Part shown: positions 39,771-48,895 of the stretch, in pieces
How the letters are laid out: each line of letters opens with the position of its first letter
How positions within the stretch are numbered: position 1 is the first letter of the stretch
Assembly: GCA_038109055.1 (NCBI GenBank)
Contig: JAYNIM010000001.1
Coordinates: 580,981 to 644,980 of the forward strand
Length of the DNA stretch: 64,000 bases
From: a bacterium
Lineage (GTDB): Bacteria > Margulisbacteria > Marinamargulisbacteria > GCA-2716485 > JAYNIM01
Direction of reading: 5' to 3'
Notes under the pieces: generated by a model
Told to the model about the DNA's origin: nothing
Databases searched by the model: none
What the model saw: only the letters and a program-made list of their open reading frames with translations
Program-made: the position numbers and the translations under genes

Positions 39771-40217
39771 ATGCATATCCTTAAAGATGAGCTGTTTATC
39801 AAAAAACCACTTAAAGAGGTATTTGCCTTTTTTAATACCCCTAAAAACCTTGCTATCATTACCCCACCATTTATGAATTTTACCTTGCTAACCCCAGAAC
39901 CCATTACCATGAAAGAGGGCGCTGTTTTTGATTATTCTATTCGTATTTTTGGGGCTCCCGTTCGTTGGCAATCGCTTATTTCTGATTATCATCCTCCCTA
40001 TTCGTTCACCGACATTCAATTACGTGGCCCTCATGATTATTGGCACCATCAACATATCTTTACCCAAAAAGATGATGGGGTGTTGATCTCGGATATTGTA
40101 CTGATGCGTCTGCCACTAGGAATCTTAGGGTCGCTTGGTTATCATCTTGTGGCCAAGCATTTAAATCGTGCCATGTTTTCACATCGCAAAAAAATTGTAA
40201 GGGATATTTTCTCCTAA
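39771..40217 (+). CDS. SRPBCC family protein
   Basis: EVFAFF..PKNL..ITPP, FTDIQLRGP..YWHHQH. Confidence 0.88.
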   Translation: MHILKDELFIKKPLKEVFAFFNTPKNLAIITPPFMNFTLLTPEPITMKEGAVFDYSIRIFGAPVRWQSLISDYHPPYSFTDIQLRGPHDYWHHQHIFTQKDDGVLISDIVLMRLPLGILGSLGYHLVAKHLNRAMFSHRKKIVRDIFS

Positions 40218-40501
40218 AATCATAGGTAAAACTGTGATGACTACTTTGAGACATTCTGTTGCTCTATCTGTGAATCATTCTCTCATCCAGAAAGTTGGAA
40301 CGTTGTGTCAATTCGGAGATATTGATTGAGTAGAAATATTATAAAACTTTAGATATAGATACACACTAGTCTTCTAAACAGAGCCAGATCATAGTTATCA
40401 TGTAAAAAGAGGGATTTTTCTTAGAATAGCGATAAAATAATACAAATGTATTAAATTCTTGTATTTTTTATAATTTTGTAACTTTATATCATGAAAATTT
40501 A

Positions 40502-40524
40502 TTAATGCAACTTAATTGCAATAA
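40502..40524. promoter_or_regulatory. Second copy of candidate Fur/Zur operator TTAATGCAACTTAATTGCAATAA
   Basis: 22/23 identical to 22583-22605; ~76 bp upstream of 40601. Confidence 0.6.
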
Positions 40525-40600
40525 TTAATTAACTTAATGACCATCACTCTATTTTTGATCATTCATTTACATCCCCTCTATTCTTCACTACGATTTATGT

Positions 40601-41590
40601 ATGGATTCTCTGACACAATTTTTAATGGGCTCTGTTGTAGGTCAATGTGTGATTGGCCCGAAGCATAAGGGAAAAGGGGCGCTTATGGGTGGCCTTGCTG
40701 GTACGCTTCCGGATCTTGATGTTCTTCCTTTTTTGGGGAGTTCTATTGTGACGCAATTAACCCAGCATCGGGGCCTAAGCCATTCACTTCTTTTTACGTT
40801 TATTGCCCCTTTGTTATTGGCCTGGCTCTGCCGCCGCTATTTGTCTTGGGCACTCTCCTTTCAACGCTGGTTTATCTTTTGGTTTTTGGCTTTTTTTACG
40901 CATATTTTATTGGACCTCATGACGACCTGGGGCACCCAAATTCTTTGGCCCTTTCCTGCACGCTTTAGTCTTAACTCTTTATTTATTATTGACCCTCTTA
41001 TCACGCTTCCTCTACTGATTGGGGTGCTGTTATCTCTTTGGAGACGTGTCTATCATCCTGCTGCTTGGGGGCTATGTATTGCATCGTGTTATCTCTGTTT
41101 TTCTTTTGGGGCACATTGTTATATGTCCCATTTTTTTGCCCGTGTTTTTGAGCATCATTCCCTATCTGTTCGTACTTATATGGTTCGTCCCACGCCCTTT
41201 AATACCTTGTTTTGGGCCGTCACTGCTCGTACTAATGATGATCGTTTAGTCTTTGCTTATGCTCGACTTTGGGATGAACATCAGGATATTACTCTTTCGT
41301 CTCCCATGGCGCAACGAAGTGACTTAGTTAGTGATTTTACCCAGCGTTCTGATGTGCAGCAATTACTCGCTATAACGAAGGGCTATTATGTCATTGATAA
41401 AGACGCTCATTCTTTGACCATCCAAGATGCTCGTTTTGGTCGCTTTGGAGGTTGGCGACAGGGGTATTCGGCGCCCTTTATCTTTCATTATGTGCTAGAT
41501 ACGAATACCTTTCGTTGGTCTCAATACCGCCCTCCTCTGCCCGACTCATCTCGCTTATTTTCGTCACTTTTTTCTCGTATTTTTGATTAG
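40601..41590 (+). CDS. Membrane-bound metal-dependent hydrolase (YdjM/YfhP-like)
   Basis: MDSLTQ, TLPDLD, HRGLSHS, HILLDLMTTWGT, FIIDP. Confidence 0.9.
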   Translation: MDSLTQFLMGSVVGQCVIGPKHKGKGALMGGLAGTLPDLDVLPFLGSSIVTQLTQHRGLSHSLLFTFIAPLLLAWLCRRYLSWALSFQRWFIFWFLAFFTHILLDLMTTWGTQILWPFPARFSLNSLFIIDPLITLPLLIGVLLSLWRRVYHPAAWGLCIASCYLCFSFGAHCYMSHFFARVFEHHSLSVRTYMVRPTPFNTLFWAVTARTNDDRLVFAYARLWDEHQDITLSSPMAQRSDLVSDFTQRSDVQQLLAITKGYYVIDKDAHSLTIQDARFGRFGGWRQGYSAPFIFHYVLDTNTFRWSQYRPPLPDSSRLFSSLFSRIFD

Positions 41591-41661
41591 TTACATCAAT
41601 TCTTTTACCCACTCTCTAAATACGCTATAGTAACTTAATCTTAACATTAACGGAGTCTAGT

Positions 41662-42126
41662 ATGAACGATTTACAAAAAGCACCTTCATTTTCCTGTCAA
41701 AACCAAGATGATCAGACCGTTAGCCTTGAGGATTTTAAAGGTAAGTGGCTAGTGTTATATTTCTATCCCAAAGACTCTACCAGTGGCTGTACCAAGCAAG
41801 CGATTGCCTTTTCAGAACAAAAATCAGCCTTTGATGCTCTAAATGTGCAACTACTTGGGATCTCTAAAGATTCTATTCGTTCTCATCAACGCTTTATTGA
41901 AAAATTTGATCTTCGTATCCCCCTTCTCAGTGATCCAGACACTCAGATCCATCAAGATTATGATGTCTGGAAAGAAAAATCCATGTATGGTAAAAAATAT
42001 TTTGGGGCTGAACGCAGCACCTTTGTCATTACTCCTGAAGGGCTTATCCATAAAAAATGGTCCAAGGTGAAGGTCCCTGGCCATGTTGATGAGGTCCTTG
42101 CTTATCTTCGGTCTGTTATCAGATAA
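41662..42126 (+). CDS. bcp: Thioredoxin-dependent peroxiredoxin BCP
   Basis: VLYFYPKDSTSGCTKQA, KEKSMYGK, RSTF. Confidence 0.95.
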   Translation: MNDLQKAPSFSCQNQDDQTVSLEDFKGKWLVLYFYPKDSTSGCTKQAIAFSEQKSAFDALNVQLLGISKDSIRSHQRFIEKFDLRIPLLSDPDTQIHQDYDVWKEKSMYGKKYFGAERSTFVITPEGLIHKKWSKVKVPGHVDEVLAYLRSVIR

Positions 42127-42171
42127 ATTATTCTTAGATTTTCATATTCCCCCCCTATTTATTAGGGTTAA

Positions 42172-42606
42172 TTACTTAACAATCATCACACCTTGCATCA
42201 TTGCATAATGACCAGGGTAGGTACAAATATACGTGTATTCACCCTTCTTACTGGGTGCTGTAAATGTGATGGTTGCTGATTTACCAGGATCCACAATGGG
42301 TGTTGCAATCAGTATTGCAGGATGTTCTGGCAAATGATCTTTTGCTGTAATTGCGGCTACGCCAATTGCCTGAACAGCTGTTTTATCCGTTAAAATGACC
42401 ACATTGTGTTTCATCGCTGCTGCTGTGGCAGTGTTATTAAATGTTAGAGACACTTTTTGACCTGATTTAACCTCGAAACGTGTTGTTTCATATTTCATTT
42501 GGTTACCTAATGGTTTAATCTCGATAGCCACTTCTTTAGGACCTCCACAACCTACAAGAAATACTAGGGCTAGCATAATTGATGAACATAATACTTTTTT
42601 AAACAT
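42172..42606 (-). CDS. Azurin/auracyanin-like blue-copper lipoprotein
   Basis: Lipobox LVGC; MKHNVV; YICTYPGHYAMM type-1 Cu ligands. Confidence 0.88.
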   Translation of the reverse strand: MFKKVLCSSIMLALVFLVGCGGPKEVAIEIKPLGNQMKYETTRFEVKSGQKVSLTFNNTATAAAMKHNVVILTDKTAVQAIGVAAITAKDHLPEHPAILIATPIVDPGKSATITFTAPSKKGEYTYICTYPGHYAMMQGVMIVK

Positions 42607-42728
42607 TATACACCTCGTTATTTCTTAGTATCTTTACATTAGCATAACGCTCCAATTTTTTGAACTTAATCAAGGGTAATAAGCTTAAATTATTCATTGT
42701 CTTATTTCTATGTTAAGGTTTTATTTAT

Positions 42729-44252
42729 ATGCAACACCTTATTGTGCTTTTTGGCGATCAACTGAGTTTTGACTTACCCTCATTATCTCATGTACCTAAA
42801 GAATCCTCTCTTGTTTTTATGTGCGAAGTGTCTCAAGAAGCTCGTTATGTCCCACATCATAAAAAGAAAATTGCCTTTATTTTCTCTGCGATGCGTCATT
42901 TTAAAGATGCTCTGATTCAAAAAGGGTATCAGGTTTTGTATAGATCTATTGATGATGCTGATAATCAAGGATCGTTTTATAAGGAATTATGCGTGCTTGT
43001 TCAAAGCCATTCTTTTTCCTCGATTATTGTGACTCATCCAGGTGAATATCGTGTTCTTGAAATGCTACAAACACTTAAAAAAAATATCTCAATTCCTTTA
43101 ACTATTCTTGAAGATACGCGGTTTTTGTGTGGCTTAGATGAATTTAACTCATTTGCAGCAGAAAAAAAACAACTTCGAATGGAATATTTTTATCGTTACA
43201 TGAGAAAAAAACATGCTATTTTGGTGACGAATAACCAACCAGAGGGAGGCCAATGGAATTTTGATGCATCGAATCGTCAACCGCTCAAAGACTCGGTTGT
43301 TATTCCCCATCATACTACTTTTCAAGCTGATGCCATCAGTCAAGAAGTGATCCGACTAGTCAATGCTCTTTTTCCAGACCACTTTGGAGATATAGCCCCC
43401 TTTTATTTTGCTGTTACCCATGAACAAGCCAAAGAGGTCTTGAAGGTCTTTATTTCAGAAAGACTGCCCTTGTTTGGCCGCTATCAAGACGCCATGAAAC
43501 AAGAAGAGGCATGGCTATTTCATTCTCATATCAGTTTTTACTTAAATTGTGGATTATTAAACCCAAAAGAATGTATTGATGCGGCTGTAAACGCCTATTA
43601 TTCAGGATCAGCCCCATTATCATCCGTTGAAGGATTTGTACGTCAACTATTAGGTTGGCGAGAGTTTATTAGAGGAATCTACTGGTTAAAGATGCCAAAC
43701 TATCAACAGTTAAACGCATTGTCTGCTACTCGTCCCTTACCTTCTTTTTTTTGGACAGGAGAAACAGATATGAATTGTCTCAAACAAGCATTACAAGAAA
43801 CCAAAACATATGCATATAATCATCATATCCAGCGATTGATGATCTTAGGTAATTTCTTACTTTTGACAGGAATAGCGCCCCAATATGTCCAGGAATGGTA
43901 TTTGTCTGTTTATGCAGATGCTTATGAATGGGTTGAATTACCCAATGTGATGGGCATGATTTTATATGCGGATAACGGCCTATTTGCGTCAAAACCCTAT
44001 GCGGCTAGTGGGGCCTATATTCATCGAATGTCTAACTACTGTAAATCGTGTCGTTATAATGTTAAAGAACATGTGGGTCCTACTGCTTGTCCTTTTAATT
44101 ATTTGTATTGGAACTTTATACATTCTAACACTAACGTACTAAGTAAAAATCCTCGCATGAGGATGATTTACAATAGCTTATCTCGTCAATCTTCTGATAA
44201 AACATCTGCTATGATCACTCAAAGTACTCATTTTTTGGATCAACTTTGTTAA
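42729..44252 (+). CDS. FeS-BCP (CryB/PhrB-type, 4Fe-4S) cryptochrome/(6-4) photolyase
   Basis: LFGDQL, HHKKKI, RMEYFYR, HHIQRLM, DAYEWVE.PN; four Cys in MNCL, NYCKSC, ACPF. Confidence 0.93.
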   Translation: MQHLIVLFGDQLSFDLPSLSHVPKESSLVFMCEVSQEARYVPHHKKKIAFIFSAMRHFKDALIQKGYQVLYRSIDDADNQGSFYKELCVLVQSHSFSSIIVTHPGEYRVLEMLQTLKKNISIPLTILEDTRFLCGLDEFNSFAAEKKQLRMEYFYRYMRKKHAILVTNNQPEGGQWNFDASNRQPLKDSVVIPHHTTFQADAISQEVIRLVNALFPDHFGDIAPFYFAVTHEQAKEVLKVFISERLPLFGRYQDAMKQEEAWLFHSHISFYLNCGLLNPKECIDAAVNAYYSGSAPLSSVEGFVRQLLGWREFIRGIYWLKMPNYQQLNALSATRPLPSFFWTGETDMNCLKQALQETKTYAYNHHIQRLMILGNFLLLTGIAPQYVQEWYLSVYADAYEWVELPNVMGMILYADNGLFASKPYAASGAYIHRMSNYCKSCRYNVKEHVGPTACPFNYLYWNFIHSNTNVLSKNPRMRMIYNSLSRQSSDKTSAMITQSTHFLDQLC

Positions 44253-44261
44253 ACCAATACT

Positions 44262-44990
44262 ATGTCTTTTTATCCTAAAACTGTTGCTATTTTTGGTTCG
44301 ACTGGGACAATAGGGTCATCCTTATTGTCTCTTTTTGAAAACGAGTCTTCCGTGGAAACGATTCATGCATTTTGCCGAACGCCCCAGTCTGTCTCTCATC
44401 CTAAAACATGCCTCCATCAGCTTGATATTACCTCAGAATCAGATTTTGACTCTGTTTCTGCATCGATACCTAATACAAAAAGCTGGAACTTAATCTTGAT
44501 TTGTACGGGTATCCTTCATTCGGATACACTTCAACCAGAAAAAACGATTCGCCAGTGTTCTGCAAAAAATATCCGCCACGTTTTTGATATTAATACCATT
44601 GCTCCACTGCTCATTGCAAAATATTTTTTACCCTATCTAAACCCTTCTGACCCTTCTATTTTTTCGGCTATTTCTGCACGTGTTGGGAGTATTTCTGATA
44701 ATCGTTTAGGTGGCTGGTATTCGTATCGCGCCAGTAAAGCAGCTCTTAATATGGTGATTAAAACTCTCAGTATTGAAGCTTCGCATTTTTTTAAAAATAC
44801 AACAGTTATTGGATTGCATCCTGGTACAGTCGTCAGTAAACTTTCTAAACCCTTCTTATCTAATCCCTCTCTCAAAACATATATGACTGGTCATGAATCC
44901 TCTTCTCATCTTAGAAAAGTATTAGATCAGGTGTCTCTTTCTGATTCAGGCCACTGTTTTGCCTGGGATGGCTCAAAAATACCTGCCTAA
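44262..44990 (+). CDS. Short-chain dehydrogenase, C-factor/CsgA-like
   Basis: GSTGTIG, PEK, SARVGSISDNRLGGWYSYRASKAALN, LHPGTV. Confidence 0.92.
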   Translation: MSFYPKTVAIFGSTGTIGSSLLSLFENESSVETIHAFCRTPQSVSHPKTCLHQLDITSESDFDSVSASIPNTKSWNLILICTGILHSDTLQPEKTIRQCSAKNIRHVFDINTIAPLLIAKYFLPYLNPSDPSIFSAISARVGSISDNRLGGWYSYRASKAALNMVIKTLSIEASHFFKNTTVIGLHPGTVVSKLSKPFLSNPSLKTYMTGHESSSHLRKVLDQVSLSDSGHCFAWDGSKIPA

Positions 44991-45036
44991 TGTTTACCTT
45001 ATACTGGTATTTTTTTATACATCGCCTGTTCACATA

Positions 45037-45447
45037 TTATAGGTAGAAACATAATACCCCTGTCTTACATGTCCAACATAATGTTCGTATCCAATTTGTG
45101 GTAATTAAGCGTGAAATAAAAGGGTCTGTTTTGCCTTCACGTAATTGTCTATGACAAGGCACCTGTAATAAAAACGTTGAAGCCCAAATAGCGGCTAATA
45201 GTCCAATAGACACCGTCATTACTAGATTTGTAATATTGTCTAAATATAATGGTATCAATGTTGCAACTTCTATGATCATCATCGGTAAAACTATCCAGGA
45301 GATTCGATGCTGATGAAAAGCTGAAAATTGACTAACCTTTTTGGGATTAATAAATTGGAAACTTGGATAGTGAAGAATTTGTATAAGCCAAATTAAAGAC
45401 GTCATCCAAATACTGGAAAATAGTTGTATTTTCTCGATTATTGTCAT
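45037..45447 (-). CDS. Conserved-type hypothetical membrane protein
   Basis: LIWLIQILHYPSF, QVPCH, TNWIRT; four hydrophobic segments. Confidence 0.75.
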   Translation of the reverse strand: MTIIEKIQLFSSIWMTSLIWLIQILHYPSFQFINPKKVSQFSAFHQHRISWIVLPMMIIEVATLIPLYLDNITNLVMTVSIGLLAAIWASTFLLQVPCHRQLREGKTDPFISRLITTNWIRTLCWTCKTGVLCFYL

Positions 45448-45470
45448 TGATCTTATTCCCGGATAAGGTC

Positions 45471-45812
45471 TTAATGAACTAAAAATAAATAAAGAGCTGA
45501 AATACTTAAAGAAAGTAATGACAAAGAGGGCAAAGCCTTATGAAAGGCATTTTTTACTTTTAAATGTGTCAAGAAGGCTGCACCCATTAATACTGCAATT
45601 CCCAAATATCCAAGTATATTTAATTCCATATGAGGGGCCACTATAAATAAAAAGAAAATAAATTTTAGAATACCGACAAAATCTCTTAACCAATCTGGGT
45701 ATGCATATTCTTCAAATTCTTTTTTAATATTCTCATATCTAATCACCCATACAAAAAATATGGATGCACCAATAATACATTTGATTGATGTTAAAAGAAG
45801 CAAGCTATTCAT
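45471..45812 (-). CDS. DoxX-like membrane protein
   Basis: VWVIRY, EFEEYAYPDWLRDFVGILK, MGAAFLTHLKV. Confidence 0.75.
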   Translation of the reverse strand: MNSLLLLTSIKCIIGASIFFVWVIRYENIKKEFEEYAYPDWLRDFVGILKFIFFLFIVAPHMELNILGYLGIAVLMGAAFLTHLKVKNAFHKALPSLSLLSLSISALYLFLVH

Positions 45813-45856
45813 TTGAATATCCTAATTATATATATTTTTAGATAAAATTCAATTCA

Positions 45857-45894
45857 TTCTTAAACTTTCTTAAACTTTCTTAAACTTTCTTAAA
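45857..45894. repeat. 10-bp tandem repeat TTCTTAAACT x3.8
   Basis: Directly visible; overlaps stop codon of the 45890 gene. Confidence 0.85.
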
Positions 45895-47338
45895 TATTCT
45901 TGATTTCTTTTTTGATATTACGCAACATTCCCTTAAACATGAACCAGTGTACTGGCAATAATATGTACCAGTAGGCCAATCCCCATAATCCAACGGGATC
46001 ATAGATAACTGTTTGAATCAATGTTTGTGCAGACTGATCTTTTTTTAACTCAAATTCTAACCACGCACGTCCGGGCAGTTTCATTTCGGCAAATAATCGT
46101 AAACGTTTACCCCGCTCATAGGCTTCAACTCGCCACCAGTCTATTGCATCGCCTACTCTAATGTTTGTTGGATGTCGCCGACTTCTTCTCAGTCCAACAC
46201 CTCCCACACATAAATCAATAAAGCCCCTAATTTTCCATAATATATTCCCATAATACCACCCTTTTTTGCCTCCAATACATTCAATTGCTTTAAACACATC
46301 TGGCTGATCTAGATCAAATCTAATTTTATAATGATTAATAATTCGTGTTCGAAAATTAAGATTGGATATATCTTTGTCATATCCTGAGCTGGTCAATGTA
46401 TCTGACCACTTCGAAATACTTAAATTTCTTTCTTCGCGCTCTAAACATTTCTGCATCGCAGCTTTAATTGTTAGGGGACCTACCGTATACCCCTTTTCGC
46501 TAGCATCTGAGTTTGTAACAGATGGATGAACAATACTCTCAATTAATTTTCTTCCTATACTTGCATAAATCGGTGTCACCAGTCCTAACCATAAGCTTGA
46601 AACATAAGGTGTTAAAAATGGAATCGATATAAAGATGCGTTTAAGACCTTTAATTTCTGCGTATAATTTCATTAAATCAAGATAGGACACTTGATCCCCT
46701 CCTCCAATTTCGATGATCTCTGATTTTGTGTTATTACTCCTTAATACTTGATACAAATAATCAATCACATGATCGATAAAAATAGGTTCTGCTTTGACTC
46801 TTACCCATTTGGGAATGATCATCAAAGGAAGTCTGTTCACCAATGCACGTATTAGTTCAAATGATAAACTTCCTGGACCTAAAATAATAGAGGCTCTTAA
46901 TTCTGTTGTGCGAATGCCTGATTGACGCAAGATATCTCCTACCTTTACACGGCTTTTCATGTGTGCAGATAATGCCCCACTTCTTTCATTCACAAGTCCC
47001 CCTAAATATATAATATGCTTTACCTGTGCTGCTGTCGCCTCTTCGACGACATGTCGTGCCATCTGTAGCTCTTTTTCCACAAATTCTTTTGTCTCTCCTA
47101 AGGCATGAACTAAATAAAAAAGTGTATCTATCCCTTCAAAAACCCCTTTAAGCGTCTCTTTTTTTAATAAATCACAGTATTTAAAATTGACCCAAGGCAT
47201 GGATGGTTTTAAAAACTCTGGTCTACGTGCAGTTGCGATACATTCAATATCTGTATTCTCGAGATGTTTTAATAATAACTTGCCAATATAGCCACTTGCG
47301 CCTGTTACACAAACAGAATGCCTTGACTCTTTCTTCAT
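45890..47338 (-). CDS. Atypical SDR oxidoreductase with C-terminal DUF2867 (YbjT-like)
   Basis: VTGASGYIG, YLVHAL, LRASIILGPGSLSFE, IGGKKGWY, AEMKLPGRAWLEF. Confidence 0.9.
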   Translation of the reverse strand: MKKESRHSVCVTGASGYIGKLLLKHLENTDIECIATARRPEFLKPSMPWVNFKYCDLLKKETLKGVFEGIDTLFYLVHALGETKEFVEKELQMARHVVEEATAAQVKHIIYLGGLVNERSGALSAHMKSRVKVGDILRQSGIRTTELRASIILGPGSLSFELIRALVNRLPLMIIPKWVRVKAEPIFIDHVIDYLYQVLRSNNTKSEIIEIGGGDQVSYLDLMKLYAEIKGLKRIFISIPFLTPYVSSLWLGLVTPIYASIGRKLIESIVHPSVTNSDASEKGYTVGPLTIKAAMQKCLEREERNLSISKWSDTLTSSGYDKDISNLNFRTRIINHYKIRFDLDQPDVFKAIECIGGKKGWYYGNILWKIRGFIDLCVGGVGLRRSRRHPTNIRVGDAIDWWRVEAYERGKRLRLFAEMKLPGRAWLEFELKKDQSAQTLIQTVIYDPVGLWGLAYWYILLPVHWFMFKGMLRNIKKEIKNI

Positions 47339-48729
47339 TGATCGACCTGTCTATACAACTCTAATGCCAGCTGTCTATGTCTTTTGTAATCGATGATAGG
47401 CAATGGATAATGTCCTCGTAAATGCGGAAGTGGATTATGAATTTCTTTGGCAGATAAATGTTCTAATTCTGGGCAATATTGTTTAATAAACTTGGCCTCT
47501 TTATCATAGGTTTTAGACTGTGTTTCTGGATTAAAAATTCGAAAATAAGGGGCAGCATCACAGCCTGTTCCACTCGCCCATTGCCAGCCCCCATTATTCG
47601 ATGCAAATTCATAATCCAGTAATTTCCAGGCAAAATAACGTTCTCCTCGTCGCCAATGCACAAGTGCTAACTTGCATAAAAAAGAGGCTGTTAGCATACG
47701 CAAGCGATTATGCATCCACCCTGTTTGATTCAGACATCGCATAGCAGCATCTATGATAGGAAAACCTGTTTGACCTTGTTTCCATGCCTCTAAATGTTCC
47801 TCAGACCCTGGATATTCCAAGCGTTGATATTTTGGCTTAAATGATCCTGTTCTAATATGTGGATAATGATAGGCAATCATCTGATAAAACTCTCGCCAAA
47901 TTAGTTCAGTTAGCCATACATCTGCGCCATTACTGTCTTGTTCTTGTGCCAACGCTACCAGTTGTCTAATAGAAATACAGCCATGTCGAATATAGACGGA
48001 CATATATGACGTTTGATTTAAATACGGATAATCCCGAGCTGTATCGTAATTAGAGATATACGTTCTAAATATATCTAGTTGCTTTTGCCCCTCTTTTTCG
48101 CCTCCTTTTAAGATACTTTCTGTTTTCTTAAACCCGCAAAACTTCAATAATTCATCAGTTGATGAGGGTTGTTTACCGACATCTCCACATTTTTCTAAAT
48201 TGGCAATTAAGGTCTTGTGCGTTGGGATCCCAATCGATTGGCGCCAGGCGTTTGAATACGGTGTAAATACCTGATATGGTTTTTGTTCTTTATTCAATAA
48301 AGTATCAGGCTCGACCATCACATGGTCTTGGAAGGTTTGAACCTGAATACCTGCTGCCATAAGCTCGTTTGTAACAGCAGCATCACGTTGACGAGGATAC
48401 TCGCTGTAATCTCGATTCCAATAAACCGCGTTTACCTGTTGCTCCTGTGCCACCATTGGAATCTCTATTTTGGGATCCCCATAGCGTATTAGGACAGCAC
48501 TCTTATATGGTGCTAGCCTAAATTGTAGCTCTGCTAATGATTCGCAAATAAACTGTAATCGGTGATCTTCTGTACTCTTTTGTTTAAGGGGATCTAGGAT
48601 ATGATAATCAAATACAAAGACAAGTTTAATGTTCGCTGCATCTTTGGATGCCTGATAAAGCGCAGTATGATCTTTTAGACGCAAATCCCTGCGTATCCAT
48701 ACAAGAATTTTTTGCTTTGTGTTTATCAT
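47335..48729 (-). CDS. phrB: Deoxyribodipyrimidine (CPD) photolyase, class I-like
   Basis: WIRRDLRLKDHTAL, ELIWREFY, TGFPIIDAAMR, GWMHNRLRM, SNNGGWQWASGTGCDAAPYFRIFNP. Confidence 0.93.
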   Translation of the reverse strand: MINTKQKILVWIRRDLRLKDHTALYQASKDAANIKLVFVFDYHILDPLKQKSTEDHRLQFICESLAELQFRLAPYKSAVLIRYGDPKIEIPMVAQEQQVNAVYWNRDYSEYPRQRDAAVTNELMAAGIQVQTFQDHVMVEPDTLLNKEQKPYQVFTPYSNAWRQSIGIPTHKTLIANLEKCGDVGKQPSSTDELLKFCGFKKTESILKGGEKEGQKQLDIFRTYISNYDTARDYPYLNQTSYMSVYIRHGCISIRQLVALAQEQDSNGADVWLTELIWREFYQMIAYHYPHIRTGSFKPKYQRLEYPGSEEHLEAWKQGQTGFPIIDAAMRCLNQTGWMHNRLRMLTASFLCKLALVHWRRGERYFAWKLLDYEFASNNGGWQWASGTGCDAAPYFRIFNPETQSKTYDKEAKFIKQYCPELEHLSAKEIHNPLPHLRGHYPLPIIDYKRHRQLALELYRQVDQ

Positions 48730-48790
48730 TGTTCCTATTTTAGGGCTATTGACCGAATTTTAATAGACGTTTTTTGTCCTTTCTACAGTA

Positions 48791-48819
48791 TTTACAATTT
48801 CTCATATATTATGTATATT
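48791..48819 (+). promoter_or_regulatory. Putative sigma70 promoter TTTACA-N17-TATATT, overlapped by three TATATTAT repeats at 9-bp spacing (48805, 48814, 48823)
   Basis: Consensus match upstream of 48896; region is very AT-rich. Confidence 0.45.
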
Positions 48820-48895
48820 ATTTATATTATGTTAATCATAATGATATCTTAAACATTATGTTTATCATTAAATTATCCTAAAGAGCTTATTAAAT

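Noticed and set aside
40218..40500. Possible pseudogene or sRNA in long intergenic gap
   Set aside because: Frames checked are interrupted, with no recognisable motif or convincing structure
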